Positions 40,339-50,768 of a stretch of 64,000 nucleotides of DNA are shown piece after piece. The notes under the pieces were generated by a model. It saw only the letters and a list, made by a program, of their open reading frames with translations. It was not told the DNA's origin and did not search any database. Made by a program: the position numbers and the translations under genes. This DNA is from Candidatus Bathyarchaeia archaeon (GTDB lineage: Archaea > Thermoproteota > Bathyarchaeia > TCS64). Every line of letters begins with the position of its first letter. The stretch's first letter is position 1. The DNA is taken from the NCBI GenBank assembly GCA_050014495.1, contig JBEKDF010000014.1, positions 1 through 64,000 of the forward strand, in the 5' to 3' direction.

Positions 40339-42101
40339 AGCCTTATCCCTCCGCCGAGCTGGGAGTCGTAGATCTCCCTGTATATGGGGCTCGAGTTCAT
40401 TAGCTCATTATGTGTGCCTTCGGCGGCAATTCGACCCTTTTCAAGAACTACTATCTTATCTGCCTTTAGGACTGTGCTTATCCTCTGCGCGATAATGAAG
40501 CTTGTCCTGTTCTCCATGATCCTGTCTAGCTGCTCCTGTATCTTTGCCTCAGTCTCAACGTCGACTGAGCTTGTGCTGTCGTCAAGAATGAGTATCTTAG
40601 GTTGGACGAGCAGAGCTCTAGCAATGCTTATCCTCTGCTTCTGTCCACCCGAGAGCCCTGCGCCTCTTTCGCCAACGTCGGTGTCGTATCCATTTGGGAA
40701 ACTCATTATGAACTCGTGGGCCTGCGCGGCCTTCGCCGCGGCTATGACTTCCTCCTCGGAGGCCTCGGGTTTACCGTATCGTATGTTATCTCGGATGGAT
40801 CCACTAAAGAGAATGGCATCCTGAAGTGCAACGCCAATATTTGAGCGTAATGACTCGAGTGTGACGTCCCTAACATCAACTTCATCCACAGTGAGTTTAC
40901 CCTTCGTCACATCATAGAAACGCGGAATTAGATCGATTATCGTGGATTTACCCGAGCCTGTTGCACCAAGAATTGCCACGGTTTGACCTGGTTCAGCAAC
41001 GAGACTGATGTTCTGAAGAACTGGCTCACTAAGATCGCCAGAGTAACTGAAGGAGACATCCTCGAAAACCACTCTTCCCTTTACATCCATGAGTTGCTTC
41101 GCGTCAGGTTTTTCCTGAACCTCCGGCTCGGAGTCCAGTATTTCATATATGCGTAGTGCTGAAGCATTCGCAGCGGAAAGTTGACTGGCCATCATGGCGA
41201 AAAAGAGCAGAGGCATTATTGCCGTCAGGAGGTAGTTGGCAAAAGCTACGATGTCGCCTACACTGAACCGCCCTCCGATGACTTCGAGTCCACCAAACCA
41301 GACCACGCAGAGTATGGCCAGATTTACGATCAGCAACATCGTTGGGAAGAGGATGGCGAAGACCATGAGTACGTTAGCCGACTTACTGGTGAGATCCTCA
41401 TTAGCCTTCTCGAAGCGTTGCGCTTCGTGATCCTGCCTCACGAAGGCCTTTACAACCCTAACACCTGCAAGATTCTCCTGTAGCACCGTGTTCAGCTTAT
41501 CGAGCCTCTTCTGAACTCCGAGGAACATTGGTTGTGCCTTGAAAACAAAGACACCGGCGAGGAGTATGGTGAAGGGAAGTAGAAGTAAAACTATCTTAGC
41601 AAGTTCGGCGTTGATTAAGAACATGATTATAATGCTTCCTACGATCATTATTGGGGCTCGGATGAACATCCTTAGCCCCATCATCACCATCATCTGGACG
41701 GTGTTAACGTCGCTCGTGAGTCTGACAATTAGTTGTCCTGTTTGGAACCGGTCAAGATTACCGAAGCTGAATTTCTGTATCTTATGAAAGGCAGCACTCC
41801 TAACATCAGCTGCTAAACTTTGTGCGACCCTGACTGCAAGGAACGTGTTTCCTATGGTCGCAACAGCCTCGAATAACGCTAAAGCAATCATCAGTGCGGC
41901 CGTGAATGCAATAACACCTAGATTCTTGGGAACTATTCCATCATCTATTATCCGTTGAATCAATGTGGGAAGAGTAAGATCCGCTGCAACAGACCCCAAT
42001 AATAATACGACAGCGAATAAGCTGGTACGCACATAGGGTCTAATGTAGCCGAGTATCCTAACTAAAGGGCTAGCCAATTTCGTTCCTCCAACTAAATACA
42101 T
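40335..42101 (-). CDS. Multidrug-type ABC exporter subunit (degenerate NBD partner)
   Basis: GATGSGKS, LSGGQKQ, DDSTS and AQR motifs. Confidence 0.93.
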   Translation of the reverse strand: MYLVGGTKLASPLVRILGYIRPYVRTSLFAVVLLLGSVAADLTLPTLIQRIIDDGIVPKNLGVIAFTAALMIALALFEAVATIGNTFLAVRVAQSLAADVRSAAFHKIQKFSFGNLDRFQTGQLIVRLTSDVNTVQMMVMMGLRMFIRAPIMIVGSIIIMFLINAELAKIVLLLLPFTILLAGVFVFKAQPMFLGVQKRLDKLNTVLQENLAGVRVVKAFVRQDHEAQRFEKANEDLTSKSANVLMVFAILFPTMLLIVNLAILCVVWFGGLEVIGGRFSVGDIVAFANYLLTAIMPLLFFAMMASQLSAANASALRIYEILDSEPEVQEKPDAKQLMDVKGRVVFEDVSFSYSGDLSEPVLQNISLVAEPGQTVAILGATGSGKSTIIDLIPRFYDVTKGKLTVDEVDVRDVTLESLRSNIGVALQDAILFSGSIRDNIRYGKPEASEEEVIAAAKAAQAHEFIMSFPNGYDTDVGERGAGLSGGQKQRISIARALLVQPKILILDDSTSSVDVETEAKIQEQLDRIMENRTSFIIAQRISTVLKADKIVVLEKGRIAAEGTHNELMNSSPIYREIYDSQLGGGIRL

Positions 42102-42125
42102 TCAATCGTGTTGAACCGATCTCTA

Positions 42126-42590
42126 TCACTGCTTCTTCATCTCACTAAGTTTTGATAGTATCACTCGAACGCTCTCCAGAGATTTGCATAGGGTGTTACG
42201 TTCATCCTCGGAGAGAGTTGAAAGCTTCATTCTAGCGGACTCTCTCGCCTCCATCCATTGATCCTGCATATACATCTTACCCTGAGGCGTGAGTCCGACC
42301 TCAATAATTCTGCGATCTTTCTGGTCTTGCCTCCTTTCGACCCACCCTTCAGCAATCAACCGGTCGATGACAGAGGTCATATTCGGCTTTGAAATACCGA
42401 GCCAGATAGATATTCGTGACATAGGCAGAGGGCCGTGTCTCATCAGGATCCCCATGACCTTGAAGTCGGAGCTAAACGGATTGTGACTTTGATGGTCAAC
42501 ACTGAGTATGGTGCGATGGAAGAGTGGTACGATACTGTAGATGTCGTCGAGCATCCGATCCATTCTCTCCATAGACGAACCTTCACCCAT
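42126..42590 (-). CDS. MarR-family regulator
   Basis: SKPNMTSVIDRL...DRR...LTPQG. Confidence 0.9.
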   Translation of the reverse strand: MGEGSSMERMDRMLDDIYSIVPLFHRTILSVDHQSHNPFSSDFKVMGILMRHGPLPMSRISIWLGISKPNMTSVIDRLIAEGWVERRQDQKDRRIIEVGLTPQGKMYMQDQWMEARESARMKLSTLSEDERNTLCKSLESVRVILSKLSEMKKQ

Positions 42591-42607
42591 TTTTTGTTCA
42601 CCGATTA

Positions 42608-42630
42608 AACAGTTATAATATATAACTGTT
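42608..42630. promoter_or_regulatory. Perfect inverted repeat, probable MarR operator
   Basis: AACAGTTATA-ATA-TATAACTGTT, 17 nt upstream of the marR start in the divergent promoter. Confidence 0.75.
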
Positions 42631-42705
42631 ATATAAACGTACGTTTCTTCAGGGACGGTGATATTTAAAGCTAGAGAATACCAATCAGAAACAGGGAGAA
42701 ACTAA

Positions 42706-43254
42706 ATGAAGATTCTAGCCATACAGTCGAGTTCTAACGTGGATGGTCTAACAGCTAAGACCGCGAAGGCTATAATAAGTGGCGCAGAGGCCGAGGGTGC
42801 CACAGTTGAGCTAATCAACCTAAACGAGCTAATCATTAAGCCCTGCTTAGCATGCGACGGAGGATGGGGGCAGTGTCGCAGAGATGGTAGATGCATACAG
42901 GATGATGAATTCCAGGCGCTCCGAGACAAGATCCATGCTGCAGACGCGACGATCTTCGCCACCCCTGTGTACTGGGGTGACCTCAGCGAATCAGCAAAAA
43001 TTTTCCTCGACAGACTAAGACGTTGCGAGGTGAACGGCGAGTTCAAGAATCTAAATGGCAAGATAGCTGTGGGTATAGCCTCGGCTGGGGGCACTGGGAA
43101 TGGTTGTGTCAAGTGCCTTCTCCATCTCGAGGACTACATCAGACGAGTTGGCTTCACGGTATTTGATCTAATTACAATAACTCAGGTATCAAGGGAGCAT
43201 AAACTCGAGATGCTAGAGAAGGCGGGTCATAGACTAGCGAAGATGAAGCCATGA
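42706..43254 (+). CDS. Iron-sulfur flavoprotein / flavodoxin family
   Basis: CLAC...C...C and TPVYWG motifs. Confidence 0.85.
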   Translation: MKILAIQSSSNVDGLTAKTAKAIISGAEAEGATVELINLNELIIKPCLACDGGWGQCRRDGRCIQDDEFQALRDKIHAADATIFATPVYWGDLSESAKIFLDRLRRCEVNGEFKNLNGKIAVGIASAGGTGNGCVKCLLHLEDYIRRVGFTVFDLITITQVSREHKLEMLEKAGHRLAKMKP

Positions 43255-43294
43255 GATAATTAAACGTATTATTTCACGTCAAACATTATTGAGG

Positions 43295-44257
43295 TCAGGT
43301 AGTGTATTTTTTCTCGCTCAGATACCTGTCTCTACTGTCGGGTAGAACCGTGACGACACGTTTACCATTACCCAGCTCCTCAGCGACCTTTAATGAGTGG
43401 TAGACATTGGCGCCAGCGGAGATACCACAGAATAGACCCTCCTCCCTAACTAAACGGTCCGAAGTCTTTATCGCATCCTCGTTTGTGATCTTTACGACCT
43501 CATCAATTAGACCACTTTCCATCATTTCCTCTATAATACCACCAGCGATTTCCTTACTGATGCCTGGTGGCGATGTGAGGCCGCTGCTGATCGCATACTT
43601 AGCGGATGCTGGTTCCAGTCCGATGATTTTACATTTTGGGAGCTTGGTCTTCAGAGCTTTGGCAACGCCGTAGAGGGTGCCACCTACACCAATGCTGGCG
43701 ACGAAGGCGTCCACTTTGCCATTCATCTGCTCTAAGATCTCGTTGCCGGTGACTATGTGCGCACTCCAGTTCGCTGGGTTGCTAAATTGTCTAGCCCACC
43801 AGATCTTTGGGTTGCTACTCTCGAGTTCGAGGCACTTCTTTCTGGGGATAAACTCTGCTTCGGCACCTGCGACACTTCCCCTTGAGTCCAAGCCCTCGAT
43901 CTTCATCTCGTGGACTATGGCACCATAGCTCTCCATAATTTTGATTCTCTCCCGAGTCATGCCCTCGGGCATGTATATCTCTACATTGTAACCTAGGCAT
44001 GCCCCAACGAAGCTGAATGCTGTACCAGTGTTACCTGTTGACGCTTCGACTATCGTGTAGCCAGGTTTGAGTTTGCCCTCCGCCTCTGCGGAACGGATCA
44101 TCTCTAAGGCGATTCGATCCTTGTAACTGCCACTCGGATTGAGATATTCGAGTTTTGTGTAGATCTCAGCGCTATTCTTCGGAACAACCCTTTGTAGCTT
44201 CACCATCGGGGTGTTCCCAATCACGTCTAGTATGCTGTTTACTGCCTTAGGAGCCAT
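43295..44257 (-). CDS. Cysteine synthase family PLP enzyme
   Basis: IGNTPMV, NPSGSYKDR, STGNTG and GISAGAN motifs; start moved to MAPKAV. Confidence 0.9.
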   Translation of the reverse strand: MAPKAVNSILDVIGNTPMVKLQRVVPKNSAEIYTKLEYLNPSGSYKDRIALEMIRSAEAEGKLKPGYTIVEASTGNTGTAFSFVGACLGYNVEIYMPEGMTRERIKIMESYGAIVHEMKIEGLDSRGSVAGAEAEFIPRKKCLELESSNPKIWWARQFSNPANWSAHIVTGNEILEQMNGKVDAFVASIGVGGTLYGVAKALKTKLPKCKIIGLEPASAKYAISSGLTSPPGISKEIAGGIIEEMMESGLIDEVVKITNEDAIKTSDRLVREEGLFCGISAGANVYHSLKVAEELGNGKRVVTVLPDSRDRYLSEKKYTT

Positions 44258-44467
44258 AGGAATAAGTGAATGGCAAGGGGAGAAAATAGTTTCCCTTATC
44301 GAGTATTTTGTTATAGATAATATTATAAAGAGCCTAAATCTAATTAATACATGACCAGTTAGGCACATTATGATAAATCGGTCAAGACCAGTATAGGTTA
44401 TATTGAGTTCATCTCACTCTTAAGGAAGAACACGCAAATTGTTTTCCGCAATTCTCTTACATCTTTT

Positions 44468-44962
44468 TTGATTTTCACTTATCCCGAACTTCAAGAGTTG
44501 AAAAAAGACAAGAAGTTGATTATCCACACCGACTCAGTTGAAAAGGCACTCCAAGAGGCGAGTCTCAGATATCTAGGAGAAGGCAGGGACTACCGCTCCG
44601 ACCTAATCAAATTCCGAGATCACCTCAAGGCTCAGAAAAAGGCACCCAAGTCTATAAGTATCGCCATCTCAGGCGCCACAGGGTTCCTTGGCAGGAACAA
44701 GTTTAGACTCGACAAGTACGACAAACAGGACCCTTCAAGGACCTCGGCAAGACTATCACCAAGGATAAGGTACCGACAGCCGAACAGCTAGCCAAGTTAG
44801 TGAGCTTCATGCCGATTCACTTGAAGACGCTTGTTTACCTACTCAGCTCGTCTTGCATGCGGGTCGATGAAGCTCTACAGCTTTGTGTAGAGGACCTATC
44901 ACTCGACATGCATCCAGCGAGGGCTGAAGTCCTTTGGAATGGATACACAAGAACGACGAAGT
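44468..44962 (+). pseudogene. Tyrosine recombinase/integrase N-terminal remnant
   Basis: DLIKF..HLK...APKSI core-binding region; frameshift; then DKVPTAEQL...LLSSSCMRVDEALQL..EDL (box I). Catalytic C-terminal half absent. Confidence 0.75.
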
Positions 44963-44971
44963 GCGCGCGCG

Positions 44972-45392
44972 ACGAAGGAGTACCTTAGAGACTTCTACGA
45001 AGTCCTATTCTTAGACTGGGTCGACGTCGACGACTTCAGGAAACGCTACGACCACAAAGTCAACAAGGAGTCCTTCGTTGAACGGTTCTCTATCTGGCAG
45101 ACATATGACAATATTGGCTACCTTGTCCGTGAGGGGCTAGTGGACCCGAACATCGTCTTTGATGCGGCTGGGTTTCATTGTGTAATGATCTGGGGTCTGT
45201 ACAAACCGATCATAAATATCATTTCGAGGCCGGAGTTGGGGGACTCAAGCCTGGGAGAACTTTGAGTACATTGCAAATGTGATGTGGAGGATCGCTAAGG
45301 AAAGGGGTGCGTTTTCGCCTGGTGGCAAAGGAGGCACATTTTACGATGCTTACTGGGAGACCTTCGAACCCAAGTCTTCTTCTCCATCATAG
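44972..45392 (+). pseudogene. 5'-truncated, frameshifted conserved hypothetical (DUF4760-like)
   Basis: DW.D.DDF..RY...YDNIGYLVREGLVD...W...KPII, then WENFEYIA...* in another frame. Confidence 0.55.
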
Positions 45393-45468
45393 CTGTATCC
45401 TCGCCTCAATTTGGGAGCTACTCGGATTCTATCCATGCTAGCGCGCGCAGCACCAGCTTTAATTTAAA

Positions 45469-45852
45469 TTACGGATTTAGTAAACTTCCGCCAAATATGG
45501 CAGAGCCATCCCACCGAGTTGTCCACGATATTACGGTTACACTCTGATATACGGGGGGAGTGCCAGTGCCATAAGACCCTGAAACGATTAAGTAGAAAGA
45601 AGCGCCATCATAGCTTCTCTGGTAATATATCGTCGAATTGGCGGCACCTCTCTTGAGTTGAGTGAGTGTCTGCAATGTTGATGAGACGCTAACTGTTGGA
45701 TTCCCTAAGGTGGTTAAATCCTTTGCAGACAAGTCGGCTATGATTTTATCGCACCCCTGAACGTTGCCGCGATACTGAAGATAAGCAATAGAAACTATTG
45801 ATACTGTAATGATTGCAATCAAAGCAATAACGGTAATCCCCTTTGTGTTCAT
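45469..45852 (-). CDS. Hypothetical protein with N-terminal TM/signal
   Basis: 127-aa ORF with a hydrophobic N-terminus, flanked by GCGCGCGC runs. Confidence 0.6.
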   Translation of the reverse strand: MNTKGITVIALIAIITVSIVSIAYLQYRGNVQGCDKIIADLSAKDLTTLGNPTVSVSSTLQTLTQLKRGAANSTIYYQRSYDGASFYLIVSGSYGTGTPPVYQSVTVISWTTRWDGSAIFGGSLLNP

Positions 45853-46068
45853 CTCGTCATTCTCACAGCCCTGTTACCAGTTTTAGCTATTGTTAACGCC
45901 AGCTCCTTCTACAAAAGGGTTCGTATTAACAGCGCGCGCTTCTGGGGGGGGAGCTAGTGCTGTTTGTCACGCCAGTATTTTATCCCCAGAACCTTTACTA
46001 GACGTATATGACCTCATTCGCTAGACCCGAAATTTAATTATTGATAATAAAATTTGAGATAATTTCCC

Positions 46069-46551
46069 CTACTTGTTCAATCTATTGACCAGTTTACCGA
46101 CGCGTTCACCAAGTTTCCTACACGCCTCGAGAGAGGCGTCATTAGGAGAGCCAACAGAGGAGGCACCGTAGTGACTACCAGAAGAGGATCCCTGGATCAC
46201 CATCCCATGCACTAGAAGCATCTCGTTTATGGCGATGATCGTTGACTCTGCCCCCGTATGGGTACCACCCGCACTGGCAAATGCACCACCGACCATGCCG
46301 TCAAGCTTACCGTGATATTTGACAGACTCATCGATGAATTTCTTGATTTTACTACTTGGTAGGCCATAATAGACAGGTGAACCTAGGATGAGTCCCTGAT
46401 ATTGTGGAATCTCATCAACGCTTGCCTCATCGATGTGCTTAATGACGGGAGTGACACCCGACTTCTTTACACCATCTTCGACGGCATGAGCCATTTTCTC
46501 GGTGTTACCTGTACTTGAATCGTAGATTATTAGGACCTTCAAGGGTTTCAC
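46069..46551 (-). CDS. Flavodoxin/WrbA-like protein
   Basis: YDSSTGNTEKMA and GSPVYYG motifs. Confidence 0.9.
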   Translation of the reverse strand: MKPLKVLIIYDSSTGNTEKMAHAVEDGVKKSGVTPVIKHIDEASVDEIPQYQGLILGSPVYYGLPSSKIKKFIDESVKYHGKLDGMVGGAFASAGGTHTGAESTIIAINEMLLVHGMVIQGSSSGSHYGASSVGSPNDASLEACRKLGERVGKLVNRLNK

Positions 46552-47094
46552 CTAAATGAGCTTTTTATCGGCGTCAGGGGTTGCAAATACGCCCTTGACT
46601 TCACCCATGTATAGCATGTGGAAGTCCTTCGTCTTGTACATCTCAGCCTCTATTTTTGTTTCAAGCTGACCAGGTCTCATGTCGGTCTTGAAGATGGTAG
46701 CACACTCGATGTGTACTGGGCATTCCTCGATGTAAGGCGATTCGATCACTATCCCCTTCTTGGCGGTGAGCTTGCACTCCTTGAATTTGTCGTAGGTCCT
46801 ACCAGATTTAGTTCCACAGAAATCAAGAGTCGTTTCCATTCCCTTGGCGGGCAAGCAGACAGCCCAGCTTTTTGCTTCTTCCATGAGCTTGAAGGTGTGT
46901 CTGCTGTGACGAACAGCGACGATGCATACAGGCTTTGCCCACATGGTGCCCAGGAGACCCCAGCCAATAGTCATCGCGTTTGGCTTTCTATCATCTCCTT
47001 CAGTGACAAGAAGGATCCCATTCTTCCTAAGTAGGTCATTCATCTCGTGAACATACTTGAACGTGTCAACCTTGTCTTTTGGCATCTGAACCAT
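46552..47094 (-). CDS. Flavin reductase family (flavoredoxin-like)
   Basis: NAMTIGWG, CGTKSGR..DK and ECPVHIEC motifs. Confidence 0.9.
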   Translation of the reverse strand: MVQMPKDKVDTFKYVHEMNDLLRKNGILLVTEGDDRKPNAMTIGWGLLGTMWAKPVCIVAVRHSRHTFKLMEEAKSWAVCLPAKGMETTLDFCGTKSGRTYDKFKECKLTAKKGIVIESPYIEECPVHIECATIFKTDMRPGQLETKIEAEMYKTKDFHMLYMGEVKGVFATPDADKKLI

Positions 47095-47238
47095 GTAAGA
47101 TATGAGATTGGATCTCGTTATAAGCGTTAGATTTCCGGATTATTCGAATTATTTCCTTAATTGTCATTTCCTTAACTGGCTCACTAAGGAATGGTTGTCA
47201 TTACTCAAGTGGAAAATATCTAGAGAAAAGTAAAAAAG

Positions 47239-47649
47239 TTAAATGATGTAGCCGCTGTCAGGTCGTTCGAAGTTCCTAACGAGCTCCAAGTTAAGCTCTG
47301 GCTCTAAATCATCAAAGTCTTCGTCAGTGAGGTCGACCCAAGGTCCAGTCAATGAAGCCTCGACCACTTGGCTACCCTTACCAAAGTTCTCGAGACACAC
47401 CTTGTAAGTAAGTCGCCTGACCTGGGACTCATCCTCAAAGCCTAGGCTATGTAGGTACTCATGTAGGAGAATCGTGTAAACGTGGCATCGCTCATTCATC
47501 CCCGTCTTTCCCTTGATGAGTCTCCTGTTGAGGACAATCTCATTTGTCCCCATCGGGTGAAAGGCCCCCACGTTCATCGGGAGATTCCCCAGAAGCAGCA
47601 TGAGTCCAACCCTATGTAACCCAAGGGTCTTCTTTACGCCTCGCTTCAC
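47239..47649 (-). CDS. Small zincin-like putative metalloprotease
   Basis: ILLHEYLHSLG motif; the frame is open upstream to ~47718, so the start is uncertain. Confidence 0.7.
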   Translation of the reverse strand: MKRGVKKTLGLHRVGLMLLLGNLPMNVGAFHPMGTNEIVLNRRLIKGKTGMNERCHVYTILLHEYLHSLGFEDESQVRRLTYKVCLENFGKGSQVVEASLTGPWVDLTDEDFDDLEPELNLELVRNFERPDSGYII

Positions 47650-47718
47650 TAAGGCGAAGATATCCCCGTAATCTCTACAGGCCTCTAGGTCAGACGCGAG
47701 CGTTCTGAGTTGCTCCCC

Positions 47719-47940
47719 CTAGACTGCCTCTACGGCCTTAACGCCGGGGACCTTCTTTTTTAGGTACTGCTCGACACCCCATTTCACTGTCATCTGACTC
47801 ATGGGGCAGCCTGCGCAGTGGCCCTTGAGCTTCACCTTGACGACGCCGTCCTTGACGTCGACGAGCTCGACGTCGCCCCCATCCATTTGGAGCTGTGGTC
47901 GAACGTCTTCAAGCGCCCTCTGTATTTCCGCCTTTTCCAA
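47719..47940 (-). CDS. NifU/NfuA C-terminal domain protein
   Basis: VRPQLQMDGGDV and GHCAGCP motifs. Confidence 0.92.
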   Translation of the reverse strand: MEKAEIQRALEDVRPQLQMDGGDVELVDVKDGVVKVKLKGHCAGCPMSQMTVKWGVEQYLKKKVPGVKAVEAV

Positions 47941-48104
47941 AATCGCACCTTCAGAATTGTGGACACGAGGAGCCTATTAAAGGTTGAGAGGCAGGTCAAC
48001 TATAGCGAGGTAATCTGGGCGCTGTATGTCATTAATTTGACACGGGAAAGGTTAAAAAGGGAAGCAGCATCCATGATTGCGTTCAAGGTGTTGAAGAGTG
48101 ATGG

Positions 48105-49019
48105 GTGACCATCAAACAGTTTAGTATTTACGCTCCCGCTTCAATTGCTAACCTTGGACCTGGCTTCGACGTTTTCGGTGTAGCCCTCGATGGACTAGGT
48201 GACAAACTTAAAGTAAAGAGGGTATCCGAACCAGGTGTCCGAATTCAGGTAAAAGGTTTTGAGGCGGATCAGATTCCGGTGAAGGCGCAACTAAACAGCG
48301 CTGGAGCCGTCATGCAGGCAGCGCTGAGTAGGTTTACAGAGCCTATCGGTGTCGAGATTGAGATTGAGAAGGGTGTTCCACCAGGTAAGGGTATGGGATC
48401 ATCAGGAGCCTCAGCGGCCGCAGCCGCTGTGGCTGCTGTGAATCTATTGGACTTAGTCATCCCGCAGAGGGAACTCGTGGAACTTGCAGCCCAAGGAGAG
48501 GCTGCAGTGGCTGGTAGCGCCCATGCCGATAATGTCTCAGCGAGCCTCTTCGGGGGGTTCATCCTAGTTAGCGACGGATACGACGTAATGAGGATGGAGA
48601 TACCCGATGTTGGTTTCGTAGTCGTTGTCCCTGACGTAAAGTACAAGAATAAGACGAAGATGGCGAGGGGGCTTCTCCCAGAGATGGTGAACCTCAAGGA
48701 CGCTGTAAGGAACATAGGCTATGCCTCGAGGATGGCGGCTGCCGTCGCGATGAAGGACCCGATACTATTCGGGAAGAGCATATGCGACTGCGTGATCGAG
48801 CCTCACAGGGCTGGAATGATACCTAACTTCCACCTTGTGAAGCTAGCTGCCTTGCAGGCGGGTGCTTATGGGTGCTCCATAAGTGGCGGAGGTCCGAGCG
48901 TCTTCGCCGTGGGCGAGAAGCCAGTCGAACTTGGCAAGGCTATGGTTGAGGCATTCGGTGACACTCCCGCTGAAGCCTACATCACCAAACCCAGTAACTT
49001 GGGAACGAGGGTCCTGTGA
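48105..49019 (+). CDS. thrB: Homoserine kinase
   Basis: PASIANLGPGFD, GMGSSGAS, HADN and ISGGGPS motifs. Confidence 0.93.
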   Translation: MTIKQFSIYAPASIANLGPGFDVFGVALDGLGDKLKVKRVSEPGVRIQVKGFEADQIPVKAQLNSAGAVMQAALSRFTEPIGVEIEIEKGVPPGKGMGSSGASAAAAAVAAVNLLDLVIPQRELVELAAQGEAAVAGSAHADNVSASLFGGFILVSDGYDVMRMEIPDVGFVVVVPDVKYKNKTKMARGLLPEMVNLKDAVRNIGYASRMAAAVAMKDPILFGKSICDCVIEPHRAGMIPNFHLVKLAALQAGAYGCSISGGGPSVFAVGEKPVELGKAMVEAFGDTPAEAYITKPSNLGTRVL

Positions 49020-50287
49020 TGCCCTCCAAGTTTAGGTGCATACGCTGTTCACGTGAATACGAGCCCGGCAGCATCTTCAGGTGCGAATGTGGCGGCCTCT
49101 TAGAGGTCATCCACGAGCCAATAAAGTGGGATAGGCATATCGTAGATTCTCGCCTCTGCCCCATGGGAGTACCATACAGCAGCGGGGTTTGGAGATATAA
49201 GGAACTAATCCATCCGGGTCTCTATGCGGGGTTCATAGTAACTCGCCCTGAGGGAAATACAAACATCTACCACCGCGGAACAGTCTCTGATTATGTCGGC
49301 GTCGACAAACTCACCATGAAACACGAGGGAGAGAACCCCACTGGAAGCTTCAAGGATAGGGGAATAACAGTCGCGGTCTCCGAGGCTCTTCGTCAGAATG
49401 CGAAGGCAGTTGCCTGCGCATCAACGGGGAATACAAGTGCATCGATGGCAGCTTATGCGGCTCAGGCCAATCTTCAGGGGATCGTGTTCATTCCGGAGGG
49501 AGAAATAGCATATGCTAAGCTGAGTCAGGCCTTAGCTTATGGCTCCAAGGTGGTTCAGGTACCTGGCAGCTTCGATGATGCAATGCGTATAGTCCAAGAG
49601 GCAAGCAGAGAGCTTGGCCTCTACCTCCTCAACTCAATTAACCCGTGGCGGGTCGAAGGGCAGAAGACGATCATCCTCGAGCTACTCCACCAGCGTGGTT
49701 GGGAACCACCAGACTGGATCGTGGTCCCCGCGGGAAATCTCGGTAACACATCTGCTTTCGGAAAGGCCCTCGCCGAACTGGTGGAGCTCGGCTGGATTGA
49801 CAGCGTGCCACGTATTGCCTCAATCCAAGCTGAGGGAGCCGCGCCCTTCTACAAGCTTTGGAAGTATGGGGGCTCGGAGTTGGAGGCGCTTCACCCAGAG
49901 ACTGTGGCAACCGCGATAAAGATCGGAAACCCAGTCAGCTGGGAAAAGGCTCTCAGAGTCATTAGGGAGACGGATGGCGTCGTCGAGGTGGTTACGGATA
50001 CTGAGATCATGGAGGCGAAGGCCATCGTCGACGCGAGCGGTGTGGGTTGCGAACCCGCTTCTGCTGCATCCATTGCAGGGGCAAAAAAACTCACTGCAGC
50101 TGGAATCATAAGACCTGACGACGATGTGGTCTGCGTACTGACTGGCAACCTCTTGAAAGACCCGGATACCACTGTGAAGTATCACACAAACAAGCTCAAA
50201 GGGATTCAACCTGCTAGGTCAAATGCACCTACACAACTTGATGCTAAGTCGATATCCGCCTCGCTTAGGAGAATCCTATCGAAATAA
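49016..50287 (+). CDS. thrC: Threonine synthase
   Basis: NPTGSFKDRG, CASTGNTS, NSINP and GNLGN motifs. Confidence 0.93.
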   Translation: MMPSKFRCIRCSREYEPGSIFRCECGGLLEVIHEPIKWDRHIVDSRLCPMGVPYSSGVWRYKELIHPGLYAGFIVTRPEGNTNIYHRGTVSDYVGVDKLTMKHEGENPTGSFKDRGITVAVSEALRQNAKAVACASTGNTSASMAAYAAQANLQGIVFIPEGEIAYAKLSQALAYGSKVVQVPGSFDDAMRIVQEASRELGLYLLNSINPWRVEGQKTIILELLHQRGWEPPDWIVVPAGNLGNTSAFGKALAELVELGWIDSVPRIASIQAEGAAPFYKLWKYGGSELEALHPETVATAIKIGNPVSWEKALRVIRETDGVVEVVTDTEIMEAKAIVDASGVGCEPASAASIAGAKKLTAAGIIRPDDDVVCVLTGNLLKDPDTTVKYHTNKLKGIQPARSNAPTQLDAKSISASLRRILSK

Positions 50288-50299
50288 AGAGGGCCATTA

Positions 50300-50768
50300 G
50301 TGATGGATATCATCGTATTGAAGTTAGGAGGCTCCATTCTTCGAGGCGGGGAGGATCTCAGGAAAGTTGCTGACGTTGTTGAGTTCGAGATAAACTCGGG
50401 GAGGCTTCCAGTCTGCATTGTCTCCGCGATGAAGGGAGTCACTGACAAAATAATCAATGCCCTAAGCCAAGTCAGGACTGTTGGGTTCGATCCAAGGGTA
50501 TTTGTCGAAGGTCTCATGCTGGAACACCTATCATACCTCCCTGAGGGGATCGACCAGGAGCCATTTAGGAGGGAATTCGAGAAGTTAGAGCATGTTCTCT
50601 CCTATGTAAGATCGTCGGGCGAATTGACTGACGGGCGCTTTGGCTGAGCATGGGGTGAATATTGAACAAGCTACCCAACCTAACAGTGAGAATATAATCA
50701 GGTTCAGTGTAAGCGATGACGACGTACCTCTCGCTGTCGCAGCAGTTTACAAGGAGTTCTTCAGGTGA
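50300..50768 (+). pseudogene. lysC: Aspartate kinase with a large internal deletion
   Basis: VLKLGGS...VSAMKGVTD N-terminus joined at GGGCGC (50633-50638) to the out-of-frame ACT tail LAEHGVNIEQATQPNSENIIRFSVSDDDVPLAVAAVYKEFFR*. Confidence 0.85.

Noticed and set aside
44468..45939. Classical integron
   Set aside because: No attC-like hairpins were seen, and the integrase is truncated before the diagnostic region.
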